Positions 53,372 to 63,411 of a stretch of DNA of 64,000 bases are shown here, one piece after another; the stretch's first letter is position 1, and the number at the start of each line of letters is the position of its first letter. This stretch comes from an uncultured delta proteobacterium (GTDB lineage Bacteria > Desulfobacterota > Desulfobacteria > Desulfobacterales > JAHEIW01): NCBI GenBank assembly GCA_963706575.1, contig CAVPNL010000008.1:192001-256000 (forward strand), read 5' to 3'. The notes under the pieces are model-generated. The model worked only from the letters and a program-made list of their open reading frames with translations. It was not told the DNA's origin and did no database searches. Made by a program: the position numbers and the translations under genes.

Positions 53372-54841
53372 AAACAAATCCCGGTTTCATAGAGGAGCAA
53401 CTGGTGCCCGGCAGTTTGGAGTTTGCCATTCGATATGCTCATTGAGACGCGCATGGACATGTCGGTATTTGAGGGCAACTACAAAAATGACGAGACAGGC
53501 CGCAGTGCCTATGATCCTAAGATTTTGTTAAAAGTGGTATTGTTGGCTTACGCGCGGGGGCTGATATCCTCGCGGCAAATTGAAAGGGCCTGCTGTGAGA
53601 ACGTGACCTTTATGGCGCTGTCTGGCAACCAGCGGCCCGATCACAGTACCATTGCAACTTTTGTATCTTCGATGAAAGATCAGATATTGCCTTTGTTTTG
53701 CGACATTTTATTGGTCTGTGAGCAAGAAAACCTATTGGGCGGGACCTTTTTTGCCTTAGACGGGGTAAAGCTACCGGCTAACGCGTCCAAGGAGTGCAGC
53801 GGCACGATAGCAGAACTAAAAAAGAAAAAGGACAAAATACAACAAAAAGTCAAGCGCCTATTAAAAGATCAGATTGATGCGGATAAAGATGACGATGATG
53901 ATTTTCGCACTCCACCCAAAGTCGAGCAGCAAATTGAGAAGCTTAACAAGCAAGCCGATCGCATTGAAAAATGGCTCAAAAAAAATAATGCCAAGATCAG
54001 CTCAAATGGCAGAGAGCTCAAAAGCAATCTAACCGATAATGACTCGGCGTTAATGCTCACCTCCGGCGGCACCATCCAGGGCTACAATGGCCAGGCGCTG
54101 GTGGATGACAAGCACCAGATTATCGTTCATGGACAAGCCTTTGGCAGCGGACAGGATGCCAAACATCTTGATCCCATGGTTGATGGGGCTAAAGCCAATC
54201 TGGAAAAAATCGGTCAGAGTGCAGATTATTTTAAAGGCAAGATTTTAACTGCTGATACCAATTACCATAATCAAAGCAATTTAAAAAAGTGCCACGATGA
54301 ACAGCTTGATGCATATATACCGGATTTAAAATTTCGCAACCGCGATTCACGATTTGCTACCCGGCCAAGGAATAAACCCAAGAAGGGTAAAAAATTTGTA
54401 TTAGAAGATTTTAAGCACAACAAAGCTGCCGATCACTATATTTGTCCCAATGGTAAGGTGCTCAAGCTAAACGTAAAGCGCCACACCACAGATCACAATA
54501 TCTACCGCCGCTATATGGCCGATGAAGCCGATTGCAGCCGCTGTTCATTAACGCATCGATGTTTTTATCGCAAAAATACAAAACGTCGTTCACTGGATGT
54601 TCCCATCGGTGCAGCAAACACCAATTTTTCCAAAGCCATGCAGCACAAAGTTGATAGTGAGAAGGGACGCAAAATATATCCACAGCGCTTTGCCATTGTG
54701 GAGCCGGTTTTTGCCAATATTAAAACCCAAAAGCGCTTGAATCGATTTACGCTAAGAGGCAAGGTCAAAGCTAACATCCAATGGATGCTCTATTGCATGG
54801 TGCATAATATCGAAAAGATCATGAACTTTGCCACGGCATAA
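53372..54841 (+). mobile_element. IS1182-family transposase, 5'-truncated
   Basis: AYDPKILLK, SSRQIE, PDHSTI, LDGVKL, TDNDS, GYNGQ, VEPVFANIK; upstream residues IPVS..EEQLVPGSLEF are out of frame and the extreme N-terminus appears missing. Confidence 0.85.
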
Positions 54842-55114
54842 GCGGGATTATCAGCTCCAGGGCATACAAGCGGCATAATAAAACTTACCAGCAGCCCAAA
54901 ATACGACTTTAGAAATGTTTGAAGTTTGGCGCAACAGATGGATGTTTAAAAACAACTTATTCAACAACTTCCCAACATATCAGCACTTTTGAACTCCGAA
55001 AAAACCTGTGATACTTGTTTTATATCACAAATTATAGAGGCCTTAGACATTATCCCCACGATGTCTTGTCTCCAGTCTCACACAAGTGTTGACCATATCG
55101 TTGACCAAGCCAAA

Positions 55115-55145
55115 AGAAAAGCCCTTTTTAGATAAGGGCTTTTCT
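55115..55145 (-). terminator. Terminator downstream of tRNA-Leu
   Basis: agaaaagccctt-tttagat-aagggcttttct. Confidence 0.8.
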
Positions 55146-55166
55146 CATAACATATTGATATTATTA

Positions 55167-55253
55167 TGGTGCCGAAGGCCGGACTTGAACCGGCACGGCT
55201 TTTGGCCACTACCCCCTCAAGATAGCGTGTCTACCAAGTTCCACCACTTCGGC
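55167..55253 (-). tRNA. tRNA-Leu(GAG)
   Basis: Reverse complement GCCGAAG...CTATC-TTGAGGG-GGTAG, long variable arm, CCGG-TTCAAGT-CCGG, CTTCGGC-ACCA; downstream of secG. Confidence 0.96.
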
Positions 55254-55286
55254 TTATATGAAATACGCGGTTGAATGAAATACTGA

Positions 55287-55688
55287 TTATTCGCTTTTCG
55301 CCGGTGCGTTGCTTTCCTGCGGAGCGGTCTGCTCTTGGGTTGCAGGCGCTGATTGGGCCGGAGCTGTACTCTCTTGCGTTGCAGTCCCGCCCTGGGCTGC
55401 CGGTGCTGGCTGTTCAATCGGCGCCGGGGTTGACTGAATGATCGAGTCTGCCGTTCGATGGCTGGACAGGTAGGCCAACGCCAGGGACGTGAGCATAAAA
55501 ATAATGGCCGCGCCGGTCGTGGCCTTGCTTAAAAAAGTTGAGGCCCCTGTGCTGCCGAACAGCGTTTGACTGCCTCCACCGCCAAAAGCGGCCCCCATAT
55601 CGGCCCCCTTGCCGGTTTGAAGCAGTACAATCATGATCAGGGCGACACATACGATAACATGAACAATGATCAGTATGGTGGACATCAT
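55287..55688 (-). CDS. secG: Preprotein translocase subunit SecG
   Basis: VLLQTGKGADMGAAFGGG.SQTLFGS. Confidence 0.95.
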   Translation of the reverse strand: MMSTILIIVHVIVCVALIMIVLLQTGKGADMGAAFGGGGSQTLFGSTGASTFLSKATTGAAIIFMLTSLALAYLSSHRTADSIIQSTPAPIEQPAPAAQGGTATQESTAPAQSAPATQEQTAPQESNAPAKSE

Positions 55689-55709
55689 ATTTTTTCTTTA
55701 AACCTCGAT

Positions 55710-56465
55710 TTAATATCTTACAATTTTGCTGAAAGATTCGGCGTCAAGACTTGCGCCGCCGACCAGGGCGCCGTCAATGTCGGGCATCGACATTAAACCC
55801 GCGATATTATCCGGTTTGACACTGCCGCCGTATAAAATCCTGATGGAGTCGGACAGTGCATTGCCAAAATTTTTCTCCACCAGAGAACGAATAAACTGAT
55901 GGACTTCCTGGGCTTGATCATCGGTAGCGGTTTTGCCGGTTCCGATGGCCCATACCGGTTCATAGGCAATAATCAGCATATCCAGCTGTTCTGAAACCAA
56001 ACTCTCTAACCCTTTTTTGACCTGTTTGTCAAGTACCGAAAATGTTTGTTCAGACTCACGCTCTTTTTCGGTTTCACCGACACAGAAAACCGGTTTAAGG
56101 CCAACCTGGATGGCGGCCTGAATCTTTTTGTTTACGGTTTCATCGGTTTCGCCGAAGTATTGCCGGCGTTCGGAATGGCCGATGATGCCATACTCGCAGC
56201 CCACGGACTTCAGCATGGGGGCGGAGATCTCTCCGGTATAGGCACCTTCATTTTCCCAGAAAAGATTCTGGGCGCCCAGGGCAACCGGGCTGTTTTGGAT
56301 GACCTTGAATACCGGCCCAAGGGCCGTATAGGTCGGGGCGATCATGATGTCGACATCGGTAACCCCGGTCACGCCTTCAACCAGCTGGCTCGCGGTTTCT
56401 GCAGCTTCCTCCGGTGTTTTATACATTTTCCAGTTCCCCGCAATCAGCGGTCTGCGGTTTTTCAT
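55710..56465 (-). CDS. tpiA: Triosephosphate isomerase
   Basis: AGNWKM, IGHSERR, AYEPVWAIGTG, LVGGASL. Confidence 0.97.
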   Translation of the reverse strand: MKNRRPLIAGNWKMYKTPEEAAETASQLVEGVTGVTDVDIMIAPTYTALGPVFKVIQNSPVALGAQNLFWENEGAYTGEISAPMLKSVGCEYGIIGHSERRQYFGETDETVNKKIQAAIQVGLKPVFCVGETEKERESEQTFSVLDKQVKKGLESLVSEQLDMLIIAYEPVWAIGTGKTATDDQAQEVHQFIRSLVEKNFGNALSDSIRILYGGSVKPDNIAGLMSMPDIDGALVGGASLDAESFSKIVRY

Positions 56466-56621
56466 CGCAAGCTCCTTTTTCTCAAAGGTTCAAGGTTCAA
56501 CGTTAAAAGGTTCAAGGGTTTAGATACCAAATAATAGCAGAAAAAGCAGGAGGCCAGTTACAAGAGGCCTGATGATTAAAGATCAGAAAACTTTGAACCC
56601 TGAACCCTTGAACCTTAGGTG

Positions 56622-57626
56622 TTATAATTGCGATCCCACCATCGCTGCCAGGTCCACCATTCGATGGGAGTAACCGGACTCATTATCATACCAGGAAAGC
56701 ACTTTTACCATATTGCCGACAACATAGGTTGTGGGGGCATCGACAACTGAAGAAAGTGAGCATCCGTTGTAATCAACCGAAACCAGTGGTTCTTCACTAT
56801 ATCCAAGAATACCGGCCAGGGATTCTTCCGATGCGGCCTTGAGGGCCGAATTTATTTCTGAGATGGTAATATCGGGTTTTTCGACAGTTGCCACAAAATC
56901 CACCAGAGAAACATTGGGCGTTGGGACCCGGATGGCCAGACCATTGAGCTTTCCGTCTAGTTCCGGCAGCACCAGTGATACGGCCTTGGCTGCACCGGTG
57001 GTGGTGGGCACCATCGAAAGGGCAGCTGCTCTAGCTCGGCGCAGATCCTTGTGCGGGAAATCCAGCAGTCGCTGGTCACCGGTGTAGGCATGGATGGTGG
57101 TCATCAATCCGGTCTTTAAGCCAAAATTTTCCAAAATCACTTTAGCTACCGGCGCCAGGCAGTTTGTGGTGCATGAGGCATTCGAGATAATATGATGCTG
57201 GCGTGGATCATACTGATTTGAGTTAACGCCCATCACAATGGTGATGTCCGGATCTCCGGCCGGTGCCGAAATGATGACTTTACGGGCTCCGGCGGCCAGG
57301 TGCCGGGAAGCGTCTTCACGGTCGCGAAACAATCCGGTGCATTCCGCTACAATATCAACACCCAGTTTACGCCAGTCAATTTTATCGGGCTCCTTGATGG
57401 ACCGGATGGCAACCGAATTGCCGTTAACCTGCAACCGGTCATTTTCAGCTCTAATCTCTGGTTCGAATCTGCCGTGCACCGAATCATATTTAAGTAAATG
57501 GGCAATCGTGGCGCTATCGGCAAGGTCATTGATCGCGACAACTTCAACCTCGGGATGATTCCATGCTGCTCGAAAGACCAGACGCCCAATCCTGCCAAAC
57601 CCATTAATGCCGACTTTTACCGTCAT
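56622..57626 (-). CDS. gap: Glyceraldehyde-3-phosphate dehydrogenase, type I
   Basis: GINGFGRIGR, SNASCTTNCL, WYDNE. Confidence 0.97.
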   Translation of the reverse strand: MTVKVGINGFGRIGRLVFRAAWNHPEVEVVAINDLADSATIAHLLKYDSVHGRFEPEIRAENDRLQVNGNSVAIRSIKEPDKIDWRKLGVDIVAECTGLFRDREDASRHLAAGARKVIISAPAGDPDITIVMGVNSNQYDPRQHHIISNASCTTNCLAPVAKVILENFGLKTGLMTTIHAYTGDQRLLDFPHKDLRRARAAALSMVPTTTGAAKAVSLVLPELDGKLNGLAIRVPTPNVSLVDFVATVEKPDITISEINSALKAASEESLAGILGYSEEPLVSVDYNGCSLSSVVDAPTTYVVGNMVKVLSWYDNESGYSHRMVDLAAMVGSQL

Positions 57627-57780
57627 AGGTGCTCCTTTAAATGTTTTGCAATCACCATTGCATCTGCGCCGGTTTCTGGATAGTAATGAGATCTTCTACC
57701 CAGCAGCTAAAAACCCGACTTCCGATAAAGGGCGATCGCTGTTTTATTGGTGGGACGTGCTTCAATGTAAACCGAATGGA

Positions 57781-58194
57781 CTAACTCCGCTTATTCCCTT
57801 TTAATATACTGCTTGCTAGAGAAATACTTTTTTTACCGAACTCCTCCAGTTTGACTGCCAGCTTTTCAAGCTCCATTTTGTTCCGGATATTATCGGCCTG
57901 GATCAAAATGGGAAGGTTGACGCCGGAGATGACCTCAATATGTCCTTCTTCCAAAAACGAATAGCTTAAATTCGACGGGGTTCCGCCAAACATGTCGGTT
58001 AATATCAGTACACCATCTTCTGAACTGACCGATTTGATACCAGCGGCAATCTTTGCACGCAGCACATCTGTGCTTTCGTTCAAGTCAATCGATACGGATA
58101 CCAGCGCTTCGGGCCTTTTGCCGATAATAAATTCAGCGGCTTCAATTAGCGCATCCCCTAACTGACGATGCGTTACAATTACAATACCGATCAT
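57781..58194 (-). CDS. PTS mannose/fructose-family EIIA component
   Basis: IVIVTH, LTDMFGGTPSN, SGVNLP. Confidence 0.9.
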   Translation of the reverse strand: MIGIVIVTHRQLGDALIEAAEFIIGKRPEALVSVSIDLNESTDVLRAKIAAGIKSVSSEDGVLILTDMFGGTPSNLSYSFLEEGHIEVISGVNLPILIQADNIRNKMELEKLAVKLEEFGKKSISLASSILKGNKRS

Positions 58195-58393
58195 AATTCA
58201 CCTTTAAAAAAACAAGTGAGCTAAAGTTATGATGATCTCTCGTGCCTCAGGCGCTTGGCCGGTGGGCTTCATCTTTTTTTATTAAATGATCGATGGACCC
58301 AGAGGCTCTCGACGGGCAGACATTCATCAATTTTAGGCATTTTAGATCATTTTAACATTTTAGCTCATTTCCCTTTTTTTAGAAAGCTTGAAG

Positions 58394-59263
58394 CTAGGCC
58401 GACTGATCGATATCCCGATGCGCAATTTCGGTTTGTTTTCTGGTTTTTCGAATGTGATCAAAAATGGTGCGCGCGATGGTTACGGATCGGTGTCGACCGC
58501 CAGTGCAACCGATGGCAACCGTTAAATATGCTTTGCCTTCCTTTTCATACATTGGGATCAAATAGTCAAGTAGATCCAGATATTTATTGAGAAAGGTCTG
58601 GGTGTCTTCATGGCTTAAGATGAAATCTTGAATTTTTGCATCCTCGCCATCCAAATGTTTTAATTCTGCAACGAAATAGGGGTTGATCAGAAAGCGTACA
58701 TCGATGATTAGATCAGCGTCGAGCGGCACACCGTATTTAAAGCCGAAAGAAACAATTTGGATCCGCATCGCGACAATTTTTTTGCTTTTGCGGGCTACCT
58801 CTGAAATTTTAGCCTTGAGTTCATGAACATTGTAATTGGAGGTATCGATGATTTTATCGGAAACTGTGCGCAGATCTTCCAATTGTTGCCTTTCGGCCCT
58901 AATACCCTCTAAAAGGCTTTTACCCTGCGAAAGTGGATGTTGCCTTCGCGTGGCGCTGTAACGTTGGACCAGAACATCTTCTTTGGCTTCAAGAAAAAGG
59001 ATTTCGAACTGGTACCCTTTTTTTTTGAGAGATTTAAAAATCTTACTGTATTTTAAAAGAAATCCCTTTTCCCGTAAGTCCATTACGAGCGCAATTCCGG
59101 CGATTTCTGTATTGCTTTCAATTGGTAATTGGAGGAATTTGGGAAGGAGGGCGACCGGCATATTGTCAACGCAATAAAAACCGGCGTCTTCTAATGCTGC
59201 CATGGCCGTACTTTTTCCAGAGCCCGCTAGGCCGGTAATAATGATGATGGTTAAATGTTTCAC
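58394..59263 (-). CDS. rapZ: RNase adapter RapZ
   Basis: TGLAGSGKS, CVDNMP, SFGFKYG, IGCTGGRHRSV. Confidence 0.93.
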   Translation of the reverse strand: MKHLTIIIITGLAGSGKSTAMAALEDAGFYCVDNMPVALLPKFLQLPIESNTEIAGIALVMDLREKGFLLKYSKIFKSLKKKGYQFEILFLEAKEDVLVQRYSATRRQHPLSQGKSLLEGIRAERQQLEDLRTVSDKIIDTSNYNVHELKAKISEVARKSKKIVAMRIQIVSFGFKYGVPLDADLIIDVRFLINPYFVAELKHLDGEDAKIQDFILSHEDTQTFLNKYLDLLDYLIPMYEKEGKAYLTVAIGCTGGRHRSVTIARTIFDHIRKTRKQTEIAHRDIDQSA

Positions 59264-59322
59264 TTTAGAGAATTAAGGGGTTGCACCCCAATTGGAATGT
59301 TGGAATACTGGAACGCTGCGGC

Positions 59323-59781
59323 CTAAAATTCTTCATCCTCTTCTTTGATAACCTCGAATATTTCCTGGCGGTCGGCCGCATTCAGCAACCGGTCTTTGAA
59401 GTGGTCATTTTTTAGAATTCTTGAAATTCGGGCTAAAAGCTTCAAATGAAGACCGGTTGAATTCTCAGGGGTTATCAGGACAAAGAAGATATGGGTGGGT
59501 TGCCCGTCAATCGATTCAAAATCGATGCCCTTACGGCTGAGACCAAAACCCAGAACAAGCGTTTCAAGGTCCTTAATTTTGCCATGCGGAATTCCAATCC
59601 CGCCGCCGATACCGGTACTGCCAAGTCGTTCTCTTTCCATCAGCACCCGGGCCAGATTCTCCTGACTCATGCCGGTAATTCCGACCAGAGGGACCACCAA
59701 TTCCTCCAGAACACCTTTTTTATTCTGCGATTTTAAATCATCTAAAATCGCTTCTTTTTGCATAACTTCAAGAATCTTCAT
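59323..59781 (-). CDS. ptsN: PTS EIIA(Ntr)
   Basis: RERLGSTGIGGGIGIPH; in the rpoN operon. Confidence 0.9.
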   Translation of the reverse strand: MKILEVMQKEAILDDLKSQNKKGVLEELVVPLVGITGMSQENLARVLMERERLGSTGIGGGIGIPHGKIKDLETLVLGFGLSRKGIDFESIDGQPTHIFFVLITPENSTGLHLKLLARISRILKNDHFKDRLLNAADRQEIFEVIKEEDEEF

Positions 59782-60009
59782 AATTTCATAATTTTTAATA
59801 AAAATCGATTAAAGGGCTCCCGGGGTAAACCGCCGGGCGCAACGTAAATGTAATTCCAAAAATTAAACCTGCAAGCTTATTTTTACGCGTAAAGGTCTTT
59901 GCGTAAATTGCGTGTGAGAATAGGATTTATTTTAAAAAAAAGAATCGGGTAGCGTGTTATACCACCTTTGAACTTTTGCGGCAATCTAAACCCGCTACCC
60001 GCTAAAGGA

Positions 60010-60543
60010 TTAGCTGTTCGGTTGTATCAACCCATAATGGCCGTCTTTACGTCGATACAAAACATTGACCCGATCTGAACGGGCGTTTGTAAATACCAGA
60101 AAATTATCATCTAGCAGGTCCATCTGTAATGCCGCTTCTTCAACATGCATCGGTTTATATTCGATATATTTTATTTTAATTTGCCGTTCCAACTCCTCTT
60201 CGGGCAGGTTCATCTCCTCTGCCAGCATGTCCCTGTTGCGGGCTTTGGCACCGCTGCGGCGCTCCCTGATCTTTTCTTTGCTCTTTTTTATTTGTTTTTC
60301 AAGTTTATCAAGAACCATATCGATGGCCGAGTACATATCGATAGTTTCTTCTTTGCCGTTTATTGTCAGACGGTCTCCGCTAATATTGATTTCAGCCATA
60401 TGGCGGAATTTTTCAACTGATAAAACGACATTGGCCTCTGCGGGATTATCCAGTAGGCGATCAAATCGATCGAGTTTTTCCTGGACATATGATCTTAAGG
60501 TATCGGAAGAATCGAGGTTCTTAAACGTAACCGATGTCTGCAT
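60010..60543 (-). CDS. hpf: Ribosome hibernation promoting factor (long HPF)
   Basis: DMYSAID, C-terminal EEAALQM...VLYRRKDG.YGLI; follows rpoN. Confidence 0.92.
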   Translation of the reverse strand: MQTSVTFKNLDSSDTLRSYVQEKLDRFDRLLDNPAEANVVLSVEKFRHMAEINISGDRLTINGKEETIDMYSAIDMVLDKLEKQIKKSKEKIRERRSGAKARNRDMLAEEMNLPEEELERQIKIKYIEYKPMHVEEAALQMDLLDDNFLVFTNARSDRVNVLYRRKDGHYGLIQPNS

Positions 60544-60556
60544 ACTTACTCCCCCC

Positions 60557-61993
60557 CTAAATCTGTTTGCGCTTGTTTGAAGGTAAGACTTTCAGCATTT
60601 CACGATATTTCGCAACCGTGCGACGTGCGATGTGAATGTGATGATCCTGTTTTAAAAGCTGCGAAATTTTATCATCACTGTACGGCTTTTTCGGATCTTC
60701 GTTTAAAATAATCTGTCTGATGTTTTCCTGAACGCTGGCAGATGCAATATTTCCACCGTGGGCCCGCCTGATTGAACTGTTGAAAAAGTATTTGAGCTCA
60801 AAGATACCCTGCGGTGTGTAAGCATATTTATTGGTCGTAACCCGGCTGATTGTGGATTCATGCATCCCAATATCCTGAGCAACATCCCGCAGCACCATCG
60901 GTTTCAAATAGGCAATTCCTTTTTCGAAAAATTCCCTTTGAAATCCCAAAATGCTCTCCATGACCTTATAAATGGTTTTTTGACGTTGATGGATGCTTTT
61001 AATCAGCCAGGCAGCTGACCGGATTTTGTCCTGGATGTAATCTTCGGCTTCCCCGGAAATTTTTTTGCCCTGGCTGATGGTGCTTTTATAAAAGGAATTG
61101 ACGCGAAGTTTGGGCATGCCGTCGTCATTGAGCATGATCACAAAATCGTCTTCCAATTTATAGACATGGATGTCCGGATTGATATATTGCGGTGTTTCCT
61201 CGCTAAACTGCCGGCCGGGTTTGGGTTCGAATGCCTTGATGACATTGACCGCCGATACCACCTCATCCATGCTTATTTTTAATGCCTTGCAGATGCCTTT
61301 ATAATTTTTCTTTTCAAGGTCATGCAGGTGGTTGCTGATGATCTCGCTGATAATCGTATTTTCGAATCCAAAATGGGCGGCCTGAATGAGCAAGCACTCT
61401 TTTAAATCTCTGGCGCATACGCCGATCGGGTCAAAGGATTGCATTCTGGCAAGAAGATTTTCAACCGTCTCCACAGAACTGTAAGATTCCATGGCAATTT
61501 CTTCAACGCTACCATCTAAAAACCCGTCGTTGTTGAGGTTGCCGACAATGAGGCTGGCGATGGATTCTTCCTGCCTGGATGGTTTGGTCATCAAAAACTG
61601 CCACAACAGGTGATCGCGTAAGGACTTTTTAGGGGCGATAAAGGCTTCAAAACGCGGCGCATCTCTATCTTCGGACTCATAGCTGGTCCTGCCGGGTGTA
61701 TTGTATTCACCCAGATAATTGCTCCAGTCGATGTCGTCATGAATTTTTTCTTCGATCTTGACTTCTTCTGTCTTGGGGTTGTCCTCAGCTGGTTTTTCAG
61801 ACTGCTCCGCCAAATTTTCATCGGCGGCACTTTCCTGAACTTCCTCTAGTGCCGGATTTTCCTCAAGCTCCTGTCGAATGGTGTCCAGCATTTCTAAGCG
61901 GGACAGCTGCAGCAGTTTTATGGCCATTTGCAGCTGAGGGGTCATGATAAGCTGCTGCGTTAATTTGAGTTGTTGTCTTAGTTCAAGTGCCAT
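60557..61993 (-). CDS. rpoN: RNA polymerase sigma-54 factor
   Basis: TPQLQMAIKLLQ, HESTISRVT, ARRTVAKYRE RpoN box. Confidence 0.97.
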   Translation of the reverse strand: MALELRQQLKLTQQLIMTPQLQMAIKLLQLSRLEMLDTIRQELEENPALEEVQESAADENLAEQSEKPAEDNPKTEEVKIEEKIHDDIDWSNYLGEYNTPGRTSYESEDRDAPRFEAFIAPKKSLRDHLLWQFLMTKPSRQEESIASLIVGNLNNDGFLDGSVEEIAMESYSSVETVENLLARMQSFDPIGVCARDLKECLLIQAAHFGFENTIISEIISNHLHDLEKKNYKGICKALKISMDEVVSAVNVIKAFEPKPGRQFSEETPQYINPDIHVYKLEDDFVIMLNDDGMPKLRVNSFYKSTISQGKKISGEAEDYIQDKIRSAAWLIKSIHQRQKTIYKVMESILGFQREFFEKGIAYLKPMVLRDVAQDIGMHESTISRVTTNKYAYTPQGIFELKYFFNSSIRRAHGGNIASASVQENIRQIILNEDPKKPYSDDKISQLLKQDHHIHIARRTVAKYREMLKVLPSNKRKQI

Positions 61994-61994
61994 A

Positions 61995-62717
61995 TTATAA
62001 TTCGAATTCGTCCCCTAAATAAGCGCGGCAGGCAGCTTCACTGTTGGCAATCTTTTGCGGAGATCCCGATTCAATTACCTGTCCGTCACACAATATGTAT
62101 GCCCTATCACAGACACCCAATGTGTCTCTAACGTTATGATCCGAAATTAGGATCCCGATACCGCGTCGTTTTAGATGCTTGATTATATTTTTAATATCGT
62201 TGACCGCCAGGGGGTCAACTCCGGCAAACGGTTCGTCCAGGAGGATAAATGAAGGATTGGTGGCAAGCGATCGTGAAATTTCAAGCCGCCTTTTTTCCCC
62301 ACCAGATAACAGGCTGGCTCTTTGTTCGGAGAGATGTTTAATGCCGAGCTCTTCAAGAAGCATGTCAGCCTGATCTCCCCGATTTGCATCCGAGTTTGGC
62401 AAAATTTCAAGAATTGCCATTATGTTTTGCTTTACCGTGAGCTTTCGGAAGATAGATGTGTCTTGGGGAAGATATCCGACACCTTTGCGTGAACGAATGT
62501 GCATAGGGTAATCAGTTATATCCTCATCGTCAAGCAACACATTGCCACCGTCAGGCTTCACCATCCCTACCGTCATGTAGAAGGTTGTCGTCTTGCCCGC
62601 CCCATTTGGCCCCAGTAAGCCGACAACATCGCCGCTTTTTACATCCAGGCTGACAGAATTTACCACCTGTCGTCTGCCATATTTTTTAATAAGGTTTTGA
62701 AGATACAATGTTGTCAT
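61995..62717 (-). CDS. lptB: LPS export ABC transporter ATPase
   Basis: GPNGAGKTT, LSGGEKRR, LDEPFAGVDP, DHNVR. Confidence 0.95.
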   Translation of the reverse strand: MTTLYLQNLIKKYGRRQVVNSVSLDVKSGDVVGLLGPNGAGKTTTFYMTVGMVKPDGGNVLLDDEDITDYPMHIRSRKGVGYLPQDTSIFRKLTVKQNIMAILEILPNSDANRGDQADMLLEELGIKHLSEQRASLLSGGEKRRLEISRSLATNPSFILLDEPFAGVDPLAVNDIKNIIKHLKRRGIGILISDHNVRDTLGVCDRAYILCDGQVIESGSPQKIANSEAACRAYLGDEFEL

Positions 62718-62832
62718 TTGTTTGGTTTTAATATACGCGAATAGGTTTTCTTAAATTGAGCGTTTCAAATAACTTATTTTAAATGAGATGATCGAAAAAT
62801 GCAACCATTTCAACGGGTCCGGATGGAACGAA

Positions 62833-63411
62833 TTAGGGTTGCAATGTGGCCTTGATGCGCTTTTGCCCGCTGCCTTCTACAATTAATTTTCCTTGGCTGC
62901 GATGCAGTGTAAATTTTGTCCCGGTAATCGAATGGCCTCCTTGGTTGACCCTGGATTGTTCGCCCAGCAAAACAAGAACCTCTGATTTTATTGTATATTC
63001 AGCTCTATCTGTTTCGGCGATGATATCGGCGGTTACAATTTTTACATGTCCCTTTGCGATGATTTTTTCGATGGATACGCTATTAATGTCAGGGGTCTTA
63101 TTTTTTATAGAATCCGGAGCGTAAATAATTTTAAGGCGATCCGAAGTGACCACGGCATCCGCCTGGGTGGCTTTGACGTTTCCGACAAATTCAATTTCTC
63201 GGGCATTCACTTCGGCATTGAGCTTATCGGACGTAATCCGAATTCGTTTGCTTTCATTATTTATATCTTTTGTATCAATGGCTTCAGATGCCGCAATGGC
63301 TGTATGTGCGCCGGTAAACACCGTTAACATGATGAATGCCTGCAGGGTACAGATGAATAAGAGCCGTTTACTCATTCTATAGTGCAAAATTATTCGCAAG
63401 CGTGGTTTCAA
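62833..63411 (-). CDS. lptA: LptA/OstA family LPS transport protein (start may be the internal Met)
   Basis: Beta-jellyroll pattern (ITSDKL, F.GNV.ATQ); between lptC and lptB. Confidence 0.8.
   Translation of the reverse strand: MKPRLRIILHYRMSKRLLFICTLQAFIMLTVFTGAHTAIAASEAIDTKDINNESKRIRITSDKLNAEVNAREIEFVGNVKATQADAVVTSDRLKIIYAPDSIKNKTPDINSVSIEKIIAKGHVKIVTADIIAETDRAEYTIKSEVLVLLGEQSRVNQGGHSITGTKFTLHRSQGKLIVEGSGQKRIKATLQP

Larger units (their letters stand above)
28165..55183. mobile_element. Tandem array of integrase-less genomic islets at tRNA-Leu
   Basis: Six direct copies of the tRNA 3' end with shared arms delimit unrelated cargo segments; left boundary approximate. Confidence 0.8.
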
